NCBI GenBank assembly: GCA_965217895.1
Contig: CBDCJV010000002.1
Location: forward strand, 2,592,001-2,656,000
Direction: 5' to 3'
Length of the DNA: 64,000 nt
Origin: Waterburya sp.
GTDB taxonomy: Bacteria; Cyanobacteriota; Cyanobacteriia; Cyanobacteriales; Xenococcaceae
Under the pieces are notes generated by a model, which worked only from the letters and a program-made list of their open reading frames with translations, searched no databases and was not told the origin of the DNA. Position 1 is the first letter of the stretch; each line of letters opens with the position of its first letter. A program made the translations under genes and the position numbers. Shown piece by piece: positions 9,549 through 21,616 of this stretch.

Positions 9549-9800
9549 AGGTTTATATTTACTAAAAAACTAATTATATGAGTTATGTTATATTTCTTAT
9601 ATTATTGGCATAATCCCATGATTAGTTGAATTCAAAATTAAATGTAATCTAAGTCCAGATTGTTGATTTAAAGCACATCTTCGTAAATCTCTGACATTGT
9701 TAGGGTTAATTCCACTGAATCCAACTGCAATTTATTATCTTTTATTATGTCTATTTTAATTTTGTATAGTGATATTGTAGTAAGGTGATCGCCTTGATAA

Positions 9801-9956
9801 CTGACGTTACGCATTTATCGATACTGTGAAGACTGGGTAGTGGGGTAATTGGGATGTGGGGTGTTTAGGGTAGTTTGGCTTCACTACTTCACTATCTCCA
9901 CTACTCCTCCATACTCCTTATTCACTACTTCATGACCCCATGCTGCGTAATATCAG
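9801..9956. mobile_element. MITE family A, copy 2 (156 bp, inverted relative to copy 1)
   Basis: TIRs CTGACGTTACGCA / TGCGTAATATCAG, TAA duplication at 9798-9800 and 9957-9959. The reverse complement aligns with 5590-5720. Confidence 0.8.
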
Positions 9957-10056
9957 TAATAATAAGAGTCTGTTAAATTGATTAGCAGGTAAAATCGCTA
10001 ATAGCCCATAGAATAGAGATATAATTTAGAGGAAAGCTTTATCTAAACTTTGTCTT

Positions 10057-10419
10057 ATGAGCAACACCAATCCTGTAACTAATGCCTTTTTTTTTGGCAG
10101 AGCTTTAGCCGAAGTCTTTAGCGAAAAGATGGAAGAATCTTTTACCAACGCCATGAGCGATCTAGGCAAGTTTGATGCCGAACAAAGAGAAAATTTAAGA
10201 CAATTTATGGAGGAAGTTCAGTTAAGAGCCGAACAAGCAGCAGGTAGCACCTATTATCCAAATAGCACTACTACGACTACTAGTCGTCCCAACACTGCCT
10301 CTAACTCGATCAATATTGATATTAATACTACTAATTCAAGCGATCTACAGGCAATGCTCGATCAATTAAGAGCCGAAATTGCCACTTTGCGATCAGAGTT
10401 AAAAAAATATCGTGACTAA
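10057..10419 (+). CDS. Conserved cyanobacterial protein (Sll1769-like)
   Basis: [15 protein letters not shown]...[15 protein letters not shown] motif; lies upstream of an ABC1 kinase and PP2C as in Synechocystis sll1769-1771. Confidence 0.75.
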   Translation: MSNTNPVTNAFFFGRALAEVFSEKMEESFTNAMSDLGKFDAEQRENLRQFMEEVQLRAEQAAGSTYYPNSTTTTTSRPNTASNSINIDINTTNSSDLQAMLDQLRAEIATLRSELKKYRD

Positions 10420-10609
10420 TTAAATTGCGATCGACTAAATTTTCTATTCTGGTAAGTAGCTTGACGCTTTGGTTTTAATCGATCGGATTCTCAAGCAAAT
10501 AGTAAAGTACTTTTGTACTTACGCTGTTTTTTTGGCGATAAGTCGCTACTATTTAGATTAGTTAATCTTATTTAATCAAACATCACAGTTAAACTTCTGT
10601 AAAAATTTA

Positions 10610-12400
10610 GTGTCTTCTGCTATTCCCAATCAAAAATCAATAGACGATCGGTCTAACCAGTCTGATTCAGCCAAAACCGTCAAAGAAGTTGGAGCAGCAG
10701 TCACTCATAGTCAAGAAGCAGGAGTGATGGTAGCTGCTAAGTCCTACCGTTGGAATCGTGCCAAATATTCACGCAATCGTCGGCGACTAGATATCTGGCG
10801 TTTTGTGCTGACGTTTCTATTTAGAAATTGGTGGGACAAGCGTAAGTGGGCTTATCCAGGGGGAATAACTCCAGAGAAACAGGCGTTGAGACGGAGAGAG
10901 CAAGCTGTTTGGATTCGAGAAAACTTTCTAGAGTTGGGACCTACCTTTATCAAAGTTGGTCAACTATTCTCTACCCGTGGGGATTTGTTTCCCATAGAGT
11001 ATGTTGAAGAGCTTTCTAAGCTGCAAGATCGAGTTCCTGCCTTTCCCTACGAGCAGGTTGAAGAGACTATTAAATCAGATTTTGGCAAGTCAATTAATCA
11101 GTTATTCTCTAGTTTTGAGCCTACTCCCTTGGCAGCAGCAAGTTTAGGGCAGGTACATAAAGCTAAACTTCACAGTGGCGAAGAGGTAGTAGTTAAGGTT
11201 CAACGACCAGGTTTAAAGCAGCTATTTACCGTAGATTTAGTAATTCTGCGCCAAATTGCTCGTTATTTTCAAAATCACCGTGAATGGGGTAATAACCGAG
11301 ATTGGCTGGGTATTTACGACGAATGCTGTCGCATTTTGTGGGAAGAAACTGATTACCTTCATGAAGGACGGAATGCAGATACCTTTCGCCGTAATTTTCA
11401 GAAAGAGAATTGGGTGCGTGTTCCTCGTGTCTACTGGAAATACGCTTCTCCCAAGGTGTTAACCTTGGAATATATGCCAGGAATTAAGATCAGCCACTAC
11501 GAAGCAATTGAAGCTGCTGGTTTAGATCGCAAATTATTAGCCAGATTAGGAGCGAAGGCATATCTTCAGCAAATTTTGAATGGAGGGTTTTTTCATGCCG
11601 ATCCTCACCCAGGTAATATTGCTGTAGCGACAGACGGGTCGCTGATCTTCTATGATTTTGGCATGATGGGACAAATTGAAAGTAACATCCGCGAAGGTTT
11701 GATGGATACTTTAGTCGGTATTGCCCAAAAAAATAGCGAAAAGGTGGTCAACTCCCTAATTAACCTGGGAGCTTTAGTCCCTACAGGAGATATGACTTCG
11801 GTAAGGCGTTCAATTCAGTTTATGCTAGACAATTTTATGGACAAACCTTTTGAGGAACAGTCCGTAGATGCGATTAGCGAAGATCTATATGACATAGCCT
11901 ATGGTCAACCATTCCGTTTTCCGGCAACGTTTACCTTTGTGATGCGGGCTTTTTCTACTTTAGAAGGAGTGGGCAAAGGTTTAGACCCTGAATTTAATTT
12001 TATGGAAGTAGCTCAACCTTATGCAATGAAGCTTATGACTAATACAAGTTCTAATGGCAGTACTATTTTTGATGAGTTAGGTAGACAAGCAGCACAGGTA
12101 GGAACAACTGCCCTGGGGCTGCCTAGACGAATCGACGATACAATAGATAAATTAGAAAGAGGAGATTTACGGGTTCGTGTTCGTTCAATTGAATCAGAGC
12201 GAGTTATACGCCGATTGAGTGCAATTCAGCTTGGTACGAACTATACTATGTTGTTTAGTGCTTTACTTATTTGTGCTACTCTCCTTTTGGTTGGTGGATA
12301 CGAGACAGTAGCAGCGATCGCTGCTATCATTGCTTTAGTCCCTGGTTGGGCATTATTGCGGTTGCTAAGGCGCCTCGATCGCATCGATCGTATGTTCTAA
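10610..12400 (+). CDS. ABC1/AarF/UbiB atypical protein kinase (Sll1770-like)
   Basis: LGPTFIKVGQ, AAASLGQVH, VKVQRP, FFHADPHPGN and YDFGMMG motifs; C-terminal TMs; GTG start. Confidence 0.92.
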   Translation: MSSAIPNQKSIDDRSNQSDSAKTVKEVGAAVTHSQEAGVMVAAKSYRWNRAKYSRNRRRLDIWRFVLTFLFRNWWDKRKWAYPGGITPEKQALRRREQAVWIRENFLELGPTFIKVGQLFSTRGDLFPIEYVEELSKLQDRVPAFPYEQVEETIKSDFGKSINQLFSSFEPTPLAAASLGQVHKAKLHSGEEVVVKVQRPGLKQLFTVDLVILRQIARYFQNHREWGNNRDWLGIYDECCRILWEETDYLHEGRNADTFRRNFQKENWVRVPRVYWKYASPKVLTLEYMPGIKISHYEAIEAAGLDRKLLARLGAKAYLQQILNGGFFHADPHPGNIAVATDGSLIFYDFGMMGQIESNIREGLMDTLVGIAQKNSEKVVNSLINLGALVPTGDMTSVRRSIQFMLDNFMDKPFEEQSVDAISEDLYDIAYGQPFRFPATFTFVMRAFSTLEGVGKGLDPEFNFMEVAQPYAMKLMTNTSSNGSTIFDELGRQAAQVGTTALGLPRRIDDTIDKLERGDLRVRVRSIESERVIRRLSAIQLGTNYTMLFSALLICATLLLVGGYETVAAIAAIIALVPGWALLRLLRRLDRIDRMF

Positions 12401-12479
12401 ACAAAGATATTATGTTTCAATCACCAAGCGTAGTATTGACTACATCTTTGGTTTTTATCAGTTTATTGACTAACCTTTT

Positions 12480-13205
12480 ATGAAGCGTCACTTTATAGGT
12501 CTTACGGATACAGGGGTTGTAAGAACAGCCAACCAAGATAATTACTTTGTTGACGATGAATTGGGGCGTTTTTTCATTGTTGCCGACGGTATGGGAGGAC
12601 ACGCTGGAGGACAAGAAGCTAGTAGAATTGCCACAGAAGTAATTCACGCCTACTTAGCAGAAAATTGGGATACTCCTCTCTCTTCAGAGGTATTGCTCAA
12701 AGAAGCAGTAGAAAAAGCCAACTTCAGCATCATTGAAGACCAGCAGACTCATCCTGAACGTCGCGACATGGGTACTACGGTAGTAGTGCTAATTTTTCGC
12801 GAAGACAAGCCTTGGTGCGCTCATGTAGGAGATTCTCGTTTGTATCGCCTCAGAAGTTCTCAACTAGAGCAAATTACAGACGATCATACCTGGGTGGGTA
12901 TGGCTCTAAAAAAAGGTGAAATTAATGCAGAACAGGCAAAATTTCATCCCTGGAGACACGTTTTATCTCAATGTTTAGGTCGTGAAGATCTCCAGCATAT
13001 CGATATTCAAGAATTTGAAATTAAGCCTGGAGATCGATTATTAATTTGTAGCGATGGCTTGACAGAAGAAGTAAGTGACGAACAAATTCAAGCTTCTTTA
13101 GCTAATTTAGAATCTTGTCAGACAACTGCTCAGGAGTTGATTGATACTGCTAAGACCGCAGGAGGCTCTGATAATATTACCGTGGTTATTGTTAAGCAAG
13201 AATGA
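12480..13205 (+). CDS. pphA: PP2C-family Ser/Thr phosphatase (PII phosphatase PphA-like)
   Basis: NQD, VADGMGGH, MGTT, HVGDSR, CSDGL and DNIT motifs; conserved position after the ABC1 kinase. Confidence 0.85.
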   Translation: MKRHFIGLTDTGVVRTANQDNYFVDDELGRFFIVADGMGGHAGGQEASRIATEVIHAYLAENWDTPLSSEVLLKEAVEKANFSIIEDQQTHPERRDMGTTVVVLIFREDKPWCAHVGDSRLYRLRSSQLEQITDDHTWVGMALKKGEINAEQAKFHPWRHVLSQCLGREDLQHIDIQEFEIKPGDRLLICSDGLTEEVSDEQIQASLANLESCQTTAQELIDTAKTAGGSDNITVVIVKQE

Positions 13206-13226
13206 AGCTATATTTATAATTAATTA

Positions 13227-14402
13227 ATGCTCTCAGAAATAAAAAACATCGCTCAAGATTTCGCGCCACGACTAATTGAAATTCGTCGTCATATTCATTC
13301 TCATCCTGAATTAAGCGGAGAAGAATATCAAACCTCTGCCTATATCGCGGGGGTGTTGTCTTCTTGTGGTTTAAACGTGCAAGAATCTGTGGGTAAAACT
13401 GGAGTTGTGGGAGAGCTAATCGGTTCAGGCAGCGATCGCCGTACTTTGGCAATTCGTACCGATATGGATGCTCTGCCGATTCAAGAGCATCCCAAATTTG
13501 ATTTTGCTTCTCGCAAGCAAGGAATTATGCACGCCTGCGGACACGATGTTCATTCTACTTTGGGCTTAGGTACAGCCATGGTCTTATCTCAGCTAGTCGA
13601 TAAGCTGCCAGGCAATGTGCGCTTTTTGTTTCAGCCTGCCGAGGAAATCGCCCAAGGAGCGAAATGGATGGTCAAAGACGGAGCAATCGAGGGAGTAAAT
13701 GCAATTTATGGGGTTCATGTATTTCCTTCAATTCCTGTTCGTCGGATAGGGATCCGTTATGGAGCTTTGACTTCGGCTGCCGATGAATTAGAAATAGTCA
13801 TTCAAGGAGAGTCAGGACATGGCGCGCGTCCTCATCAGGCGATCGACGCTATTTGGATTGCTGCTCAGGTCATTACTACTCTGCAACAGGCAATTAGTCG
13901 GACACAAAACCCATTGCATCCGATTGTGCTGTCTATTGGGCAAATAGAAGGAGGTAGAGGGCATAACATAATTGCCGATCGCGTCAGAATGGTTGGCACG
14001 GTGCGATCGCTTCATGCCGATAGCCACGCTAACCTACCTCAGTGGATTGAGAACATCGTTCAAGGAGTCTGTCAAACTTTTGGTGCCAAGTGTCAAGTAG
14101 ATTACCGTAGAGGAGTTCCTTCGGTATACAATGACAAAATTTTGACTCAGATAATTGAATCAGCCACTCGTGAAGCCTGGGGTGATGCGAGCGTTCAAAT
14201 TTTACCTGAGCCTTCATTAGGTGCAGAAGATTTTTCTGTGTACCTAGATCGAGTTCCTGGATGTATGTTCCGTCTAGGAGTAGGACATAATGGTAAAACC
14301 AATTATCCTCTCCATCATCCCAAATTTGAGGTGGATGAAGAGGCAATTATCACAGGAGTGGTAACTATGGCTTATGCTGCTTATAAATATTGGCAACATT
14401 GA
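13227..14402 (+). CDS. M20D amidohydrolase (N-acyl-amino acid amidohydrolase)
   Basis: HPELS, RTDMDALP, MHACGHD, FQPAEE, GAEDF and LHHP motifs. Confidence 0.9.
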   Translation: MLSEIKNIAQDFAPRLIEIRRHIHSHPELSGEEYQTSAYIAGVLSSCGLNVQESVGKTGVVGELIGSGSDRRTLAIRTDMDALPIQEHPKFDFASRKQGIMHACGHDVHSTLGLGTAMVLSQLVDKLPGNVRFLFQPAEEIAQGAKWMVKDGAIEGVNAIYGVHVFPSIPVRRIGIRYGALTSAADELEIVIQGESGHGARPHQAIDAIWIAAQVITTLQQAISRTQNPLHPIVLSIGQIEGGRGHNIIADRVRMVGTVRSLHADSHANLPQWIENIVQGVCQTFGAKCQVDYRRGVPSVYNDKILTQIIESATREAWGDASVQILPEPSLGAEDFSVYLDRVPGCMFRLGVGHNGKTNYPLHHPKFEVDEEAIITGVVTMAYAAYKYWQH

Positions 14403-14574
14403 GAGAAAATCAGGGTCAACTAGGGCGATCGCAATCCCGCTCACAAGGGTAGGTTTTTAACAAAAGCAAATCAACGGAGTTACAGAAATTATGGGCAGAT
14501 ACCCATCACTTTTTGAAGCTAGTGCTAACATTACTAAGCAAAGTTCATAATGTCTACTTTATTTAGGTTGAATA

Positions 14575-15834
14575 GTGGCACAGGTAGTAGTAGAAAGCGT
14601 TTATAAAAGCTACTCTCGCGGAAAAGCAGATCGAAATAGTATATCTGAACCAGCAGATATTCAAGAGAAGGGTACTTTATCAACTAAAGCAAAACAAGTT
14701 AGCGTGCTGCGGGACATTAACTTTACGGTAGAAGATGGTGAGTTTTTGGTTTTAGTTGGTCCTTCTGGCTGTGGCAAAAGTACGCTGTTACGTTTGCTAG
14801 CAGGATTAGAAGAATTAACGGGAGGAAATATTAAAATTGGCGATCGCCTAGTGAACAATCTCCCACCCAAAGCTAGAGACATCGCTATGGTGTTTCAAAA
14901 TTATGCTCTTTATCCCCATCTAAATATTTACGACAACATCGCCTTTGGTTTACGACGCAATTATCAAAAAGAAGATCGGGTTAATTCTTTTGCGTTAGAA
15001 AATATTTTGACGGGGACAACTAAATATTTACCTCGCAGTCTGCGGTATATCTCGGCAAAAGAAAAGGTGATTAAAGACAGAGTTAGATATGTGTCGAGTT
15101 TATTGCAGATAGATTCTTTGCTTTACCGTTTACCCAAAGAATTATCAGGAGGACAAAAACAACGGGTAGCATTAGGCAGAGCGATCGCCCGTAACCCCCA
15201 AGTCTTTTTGATGGATGAACCATTATCTAACCTAGATGCCAAACTCCGCACCCAAACCCGCGCTCAAATCGTCCAGCTACAGCGACAGTTAAAGACAACT
15301 ACCATATATGTAACCCACGATCAAATTGAAGCAATGACTATGGGCGATCGCATTGCGGTCATGAACAAGGGTAAAATTCAGCAAATTGCCCCACCTTTAG
15401 AAATATACGAACATCCTGTAAATCGCTTTGTGGCTGAATTTATTGGTTCACCGCCCATGAATTTTTTACCTGTTGATTTAGTTAAACCTTTGAAGTTGGC
15501 ACACCAATACTTTAAGCTTGATTTACCTGATGTCTGGACTCAATCTCTACAGTCTTTTCAGGCAAAATCACTTATTTTAGGTATTCGTCCTCAGCATTTA
15601 TCAATAGACAATCAAAAGGAGTCTAACATACAGATTACGGTAGATTTAGTAGAGGCATTAGGGAGTGAAACCTATATCTCTACCCATTTAACAGCAGATG
15701 CCAAGACGAGATTAACCGTATCTTTGCCTCCGAGTCAGCGACTTGCGATCGGTGATTCTATTTGGTTAGCTATAGATATGAGTAAAATCCATCTTTTTAC
15801 AGTTGATGACGGACGAGCAATAGTTATTAAATAA
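14575..15834 (+). CDS. Carbohydrate ABC transporter ATP-binding subunit (MalK/UgpC/GgtA family)
   Basis: GPSGCGKST, VFQNYALYPH, LSGGQKQR and DEPLSNLD motifs, C-terminal TOBE region. Confidence 0.92.
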   Translation: MAQVVVESVYKSYSRGKADRNSISEPADIQEKGTLSTKAKQVSVLRDINFTVEDGEFLVLVGPSGCGKSTLLRLLAGLEELTGGNIKIGDRLVNNLPPKARDIAMVFQNYALYPHLNIYDNIAFGLRRNYQKEDRVNSFALENILTGTTKYLPRSLRYISAKEKVIKDRVRYVSSLLQIDSLLYRLPKELSGGQKQRVALGRAIARNPQVFLMDEPLSNLDAKLRTQTRAQIVQLQRQLKTTTIYVTHDQIEAMTMGDRIAVMNKGKIQQIAPPLEIYEHPVNRFVAEFIGSPPMNFLPVDLVKPLKLAHQYFKLDLPDVWTQSLQSFQAKSLILGIRPQHLSIDNQKESNIQITVDLVEALGSETYISTHLTADAKTRLTVSLPPSQRLAIGDSIWLAIDMSKIHLFTVDDGRAIVIK

Positions 15835-15943
15835 CTATAGAGATAAGTATTTATCTTGAGTACGAAATAGAAACAACTAAACTCAAAATCGTTGAACGAC
15901 TACTTACAACTAACTATTAACTCTAGACAATCAATTATTTACA

Positions 15944-17395
<1,452 letters not shown>

Positions 17396-17404
17396 TATTT
17401 TGTC

Positions 17405-17630
17405 TAGACAGAAGCATCATGATGCTTCTGTCTACATGGTTAAACAGTTTTTTCACAGGCTTGAGGCTCTAGTTTTTAGAAGAGGATTGAAGGTGAGAGA
17501 GAGCAAGCAAGGGTTTTAAACCCAGAAAACGGGACTCGGTTTTCGGTTTAGTTCTCAAGCCTAAAGCCAAGAGCCTCGTCCCGCAAGGATAAATAAATCA
17601 TGTAGAGGCGAATCAATCTTTACCCTTACA
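17405..17630. repeat. REP-like palindromic composite downstream of nplT
   Basis: Perfect 30-bp palindrome TAGACAGAAGCATCATGATGCTTCTGTCTA (17405-17434), imperfect IR CTACATGGTT/AATCATGTAG (17432/17596), second GTAG-type palindrome at about 17601-17630. Confidence 0.55.
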
Positions 17631-17767
17631 ATTTATCTTGTCCTAAAGTGTCAATCACTCAGATAATACTAAATAGAGTTTGCTAAAACAACACAGTAGA
17701 ATGACAACATAATTTGTTTTGCCAAACAATTCTAAATTTAAGTTTGTAATCTTTCTGGGAAGAATTT

Positions 17768-18319
17768 ATGAGTCGCCTAAAATTATTACTGTTTATAATA
17801 CTCATCGGCGTATTGACGATTGTATTTGTTCAAAATAGAGAACCTATAGCTCTCAAACTACTTTGTGATGACGTTAATAATCAATATTGCTTCTATCAGA
17901 CTCCTCAATTACCACTTGCGGTCTGGATTGGCTTGTTTGCCTTGGGAGGAATGCTAACTAGCTTATTAAGTCAAGTTTTTAGTCGCTTTAGCTACTCAGG
18001 TTTGAGTAAAAGTAGATCGAGGAAAACTGCCAACGATCTCTATCCCGAAAGAGAAAGTTGGGTCGACCGAGATGGCAAAGAACAATATGGTGTTGATTCA
18101 ACTCCGATTCAAGATACTTCAACTAGATTTACTGACGTTAAGACCTATGAAGCTTCTCAGCAACCAGAAAGCGTAGAGCGATCGGGGTCTAATTATTCTT
18201 ACAAGTATAGTCCAGCAGATAAATCATCTAATATGCGAAATAATTCTAAGAATAACTCAATTGATTTAGACAAAAACACTAACATTACTCCTGATAAGGA
18301 GGATGAGGACTGGATCTAA
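17768..18319 (+). CDS. LapA-like membrane protein with a disordered C-terminal tail
   Basis: N-terminal TM ending FVQN, second TM PLAVWIGLFALGG, acidic tail ending DEDWI. Confidence 0.7.
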   Translation: MSRLKLLLFIILIGVLTIVFVQNREPIALKLLCDDVNNQYCFYQTPQLPLAVWIGLFALGGMLTSLLSQVFSRFSYSGLSKSRSRKTANDLYPERESWVDRDGKEQYGVDSTPIQDTSTRFTDVKTYEASQQPESVERSGSNYSYKYSPADKSSNMRNNSKNNSIDLDKNTNITPDKEDEDWI

Positions 18320-18522
18320 GAACATTTAACTAGAGCAGCAAATAGCTCCCTAGATTCTTGTTTAACTATGCCCAGCATAGTAGCTTGCTGCAAATCTATA
18401 AACGCTTCTAAATCCTCTAGTTCGTATTTATTTCTCAGCATCAGCTTGAGGTTTTCTTCTGCTTCTAGCGTCAAGTAACCTGTATTTAAAGCCTGTTCTG
18501 CAATTTTACTGATCATCCCCAT
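18316..18522 (-). CDS. Small conserved cyanobacterial hypothetical protein
   Basis: ALNTGYLTLEAE...VKQESRE pattern; ATG start with an AGGAG upstream. Confidence 0.7.
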   Translation of the reverse strand: MGMISKIAEQALNTGYLTLEAEENLKLMLRNKYELEDLEAFIDLQQATMLGIVKQESRELFAALVKCS

Positions 18523-19038
18523 GACTAGTTTTTAACTCCTAATTTATATTAATCTTATTTAAAAATTACTGAGATATTGTTTGTAAAAAAGTATTATGAT
18601 TGTTTTAGGTTTATACCGTGTTATTTAATAACTTTATTGATTTATTATTAGATTTTAATTAAACTTGAGTGTTTATTCTGTAATCTCGATCACGTTCATC
18701 TAAACACTTATGTAGCAAATATAATAAGTTGGTAAAGCAACCAAGTATTTGATGAAGCAGAGAAGAAATACAGGTTAGTTATCGTTTTTTGATTAATTCA
18801 TAATGATTGTTTGGTCATAAATCAAGGCTGCTTGAAAAACTTCAAACAGGATTGCGCTTATATTAGGTGATTATAAACGTTTGTTATATTATTTTTATCG
18901 GTAATTCTACTTACTATTATGACTTTAAAATTATGGAAATGAAAAATTAAGACATAAAAGATAGTAAAAACCTTTAAATTATTAATAATCTGGTTCACGA
19001 TTAGAAATTAACTAGTAAAAACACTCCTATGGGCAAAA

Positions 19039-19575
19039 ATGAGTAATCTGTTACAGGGTTTAAATGTTTATTTAATAGGCATGATGGGTTCAGGGAAAAC
19101 AACTATTGGTAAATGTTTAGCCAAAGATCTTAAGTACCGTTTTGTAGATACAGACCAAACCATAGAAGCGATCGCTAAAAAGCCAATTTCGGCAATTTTC
19201 CAACAGTCAGGAGAATCATATTTTCGGGAGTTAGAAAAGGCAGTTTTAGCCGAATTTTCGGTATATACACGCACTGTTGTAGCCACTGGCGGGGGAATTA
19301 TTCAACAACAGCTTAACTGGAGTTATCTACGTCACGGTTTAATTATTTGGTTGGACGTAGATGTAGAAATACTAAAAAGAAGATTAGCCAAAGATGAAGC
19401 TAGACCCCTGGCTGACAAACTAGAATCATTGCTAGAGACTCGTCGTCCTCTTTATGCCCAAGCAGACATTCAAATTGCGATCGCCAAAGAGCAGTCCCCC
19501 TCAGAAATATCGGCTCAAATTATAGAAACTATTCCGACTGCTTTAAAGCCACAGGTTAGAAAAATCCAGCTTTAA
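19039..19575 (+). CDS. aroK: Shikimate kinase
   Basis: GMMGSGKT, DTD, GESYFRELE, ATGGG and RPL motifs. Confidence 0.95.
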   Translation: MSNLLQGLNVYLIGMMGSGKTTIGKCLAKDLKYRFVDTDQTIEAIAKKPISAIFQQSGESYFRELEKAVLAEFSVYTRTVVATGGGIIQQQLNWSYLRHGLIIWLDVDVEILKRRLAKDEARPLADKLESLLETRRPLYAQADIQIAIAKEQSPSEISAQIIETIPTALKPQVRKIQL

Positions 19576-19765
19576 GACGACTATAAATTAATTGACCTAG
19601 GTTTATTTGTACTATAAATAACGAGTAACGAGTAATGAGTGCTAAAAGCGAATTTCATATATTTCCTATTAGGAATGACTATACTTCGTAAAAAATATCA
19701 CTTTGTAAGTGTTGATTAGCCAGTAGCATAACTAAATATCTTTAATCTTGAACAACTAAAACTAT

Positions 19766-20662
19766 ATGGTCTACGAAAGCGAATATTTCCAAGAAGCAGC
19801 AGCAAGCCGTGTTCGTATTCTCAGTGAAGCTCTGCCTTATATTCAGAAATTTGCCAATCGCACTATCGTTATTAAATACGGTGGCGCAGCCATGAAAGAT
19901 AGCAGCTTAAAAGCTCAAGTTATTGGTGACATAGTTTTTCTTGCCTGTGTTGGAGTGCGTCCCGTGGTGGTACATGGAGGAGGACCTGAAATTAATACCT
20001 GGCTGCAAAAATTAAACATAGCATCAGCTTTTAAAGATGGATTGCGCATTACCGATGCAGCAACAATGGATGTGGTAGAAATGGTCTTGGCAGGTAGGGT
20101 AAATAAAGAACTAGTATCTTTAATCAGCCGTGCAGGAGCGTTAGCGGTTGGTTTATGTGGCAAAGATGGCAATCTGATTCAAGCTCGTCCTGTAGGCAAA
20201 GAAGGAGTTGGATTTGTCGGGGAAGTTACCAACGTTAATATAGGCTTGGTTGAATCCTTGGTTGATAATGGTTATGTCCCTGTAATCTCCAGCGTTGCTG
20301 CCGACGAAAACGGACAGGCGTATAACATCAATGCTGATACGGTAGCAGGAGAAATAGCGGCAGCTTTAGATGCTGAGAAGCTAATTTTGTTAACCGATAC
20401 TCCAGGCATTTTGTACGATTATCACGATCCTTCTACCCTAATCAAAATATTGGATATCCAAAAAGCTAGAAACTTAATTGACCAAGAAATTGTTTCAGGC
20501 GGAATGATTCCTAAAGTCAATTGTTGCGTGCGATCGCTTGCTCAAGGGGTTCGTGCTGCCCATATTTTAGATGGTCGTTTACCCCACTCGCTGTTATTAG
20601 AGATTTTGACCGATGAAGGTACTGGCTCAATGATTGTTGCCTCAGAATTACTAAATTATTAG
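19766..20662 (+). CDS. argB: Acetylglutamate kinase
   Basis: [22 protein letters not shown] and GGMIPK motifs. Confidence 0.96.
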   Translation: MVYESEYFQEAAASRVRILSEALPYIQKFANRTIVIKYGGAAMKDSSLKAQVIGDIVFLACVGVRPVVVHGGGPEINTWLQKLNIASAFKDGLRITDAATMDVVEMVLAGRVNKELVSLISRAGALAVGLCGKDGNLIQARPVGKEGVGFVGEVTNVNIGLVESLVDNGYVPVISSVAADENGQAYNINADTVAGEIAAALDAEKLILLTDTPGILYDYHDPSTLIKILDIQKARNLIDQEIVSGGMIPKVNCCVRSLAQGVRAAHILDGRLPHSLLLEILTDEGTGSMIVASELLNY

Positions 20663-20690
20663 AGTAGTTAAACAAGTAGCCAACTGCAAT

Positions 20691-20836
20691 GGCGTTGCAT
20701 CATTATGGGATGGTTAGGTTTGACTAGTGGAATGGCAAACTAGGAGCGGTAGCCAAGGAACGCGCAAGGGAATGTCTACCGAGAGGGGAATCATTAATCT
20801 TCTTCATTCAGAATCATCCCGCAACTGTGCAATGCC
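20691..20836. mobile_element. MITE family B-like element
   Basis: Imperfect 22-bp TIRs GGCGTTGCATCATTATGGGATG and (reverse complement) GGCATTGCACAGTTGCGGGATG; no target duplication seen. Confidence 0.55.
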
Positions 20837-20844
20837 TTGACTGC

Positions 20845-21372
20845 TTACTTTCTAATAACTCGGATGTAGTTACTATCACTGCTATAGCTACTCTCAGTGG
20901 CTGGATTAATAATAATTGTAGTCCCACCTCGGTTGTGGTTTCTTTCATAAGAATCATAATCGTGGTGATAATTATAGTCCCGTCCTCTATAATCACTTTC
21001 TCTTGTGCGATCGCTTCTATAGTCTTCATAGCGAATATAATCTCGTGATGAACCTCCTCGATCGCGATAATAGTCCCGATTATTGTAATTGCTTTGGGGA
21101 AGAGGAATATGAGTCCCAGGGGGAGGAGTTATATTTAAAGGAGTTGGCGCATCAATTTGACTACGTACCCCAACCTGAGCTATTTCAAAGCTGCCTTGAA
21201 AGTTATGAGGGTTGGCAACGGCAGAAGACTCAACGATACCCATGGCTCCTAGAGCGATCGCCATAGCACCTAAAGCCTGCTGCCAATAAAATTTATGCTG
21301 AGTTTGAACTCTTAACAGCTTTCTTAATTCATTTAAAGTCTCTTCGATCTCTAGCTGATAAACTCCTGGCAT
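20845..21372 (-). CDS. Putative secreted Pro/Arg/Tyr-rich protein with an IS630-transposase-like N-terminal segment
   Basis: Hydrophobic signal-like stretch ending AVA, PTPLNITPPPGTH motif, RDY repeats. The first ~23 aa resemble IS630 transposase N-termini. Confidence 0.55.
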   Translation of the reverse strand: MPGVYQLEIEETLNELRKLLRVQTQHKFYWQQALGAMAIALGAMGIVESSAVANPHNFQGSFEIAQVGVRSQIDAPTPLNITPPPGTHIPLPQSNYNNRDYYRDRGGSSRDYIRYEDYRSDRTRESDYRGRDYNYHHDYDSYERNHNRGGTTIIINPATESSYSSDSNYIRVIRK

Positions 21373-21616
21373 CTGTCATCCTCTTTGCTATACAAGATAT
21401 CTGTATCGTGTGTAGTCTTTATTTTGCGACTTGATATTAGTAATGATTGACATATTTTATTGTAATATAAAAAACGACAACAGTGGGCAAAAATAATTTA
21501 GTGTAAAAATCATTTCAAGCATAAATTTTTGTCCACCAAAATCAAATATCTGAGTTAATGTTTTAGGGGGAGAATAGTTAAAGCTCTCCCCAGCTTGGCA
21601 TAAGATTTCCCAAAAA

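Noticed and set aside
5590..9956. Composite transposon carrying the GTPase cassette
   Set aside because: Each MITE copy has its own target duplication, the outer flanks differ (TTA versus TAA), and there is no transposase inside, so independent insertions fit better.
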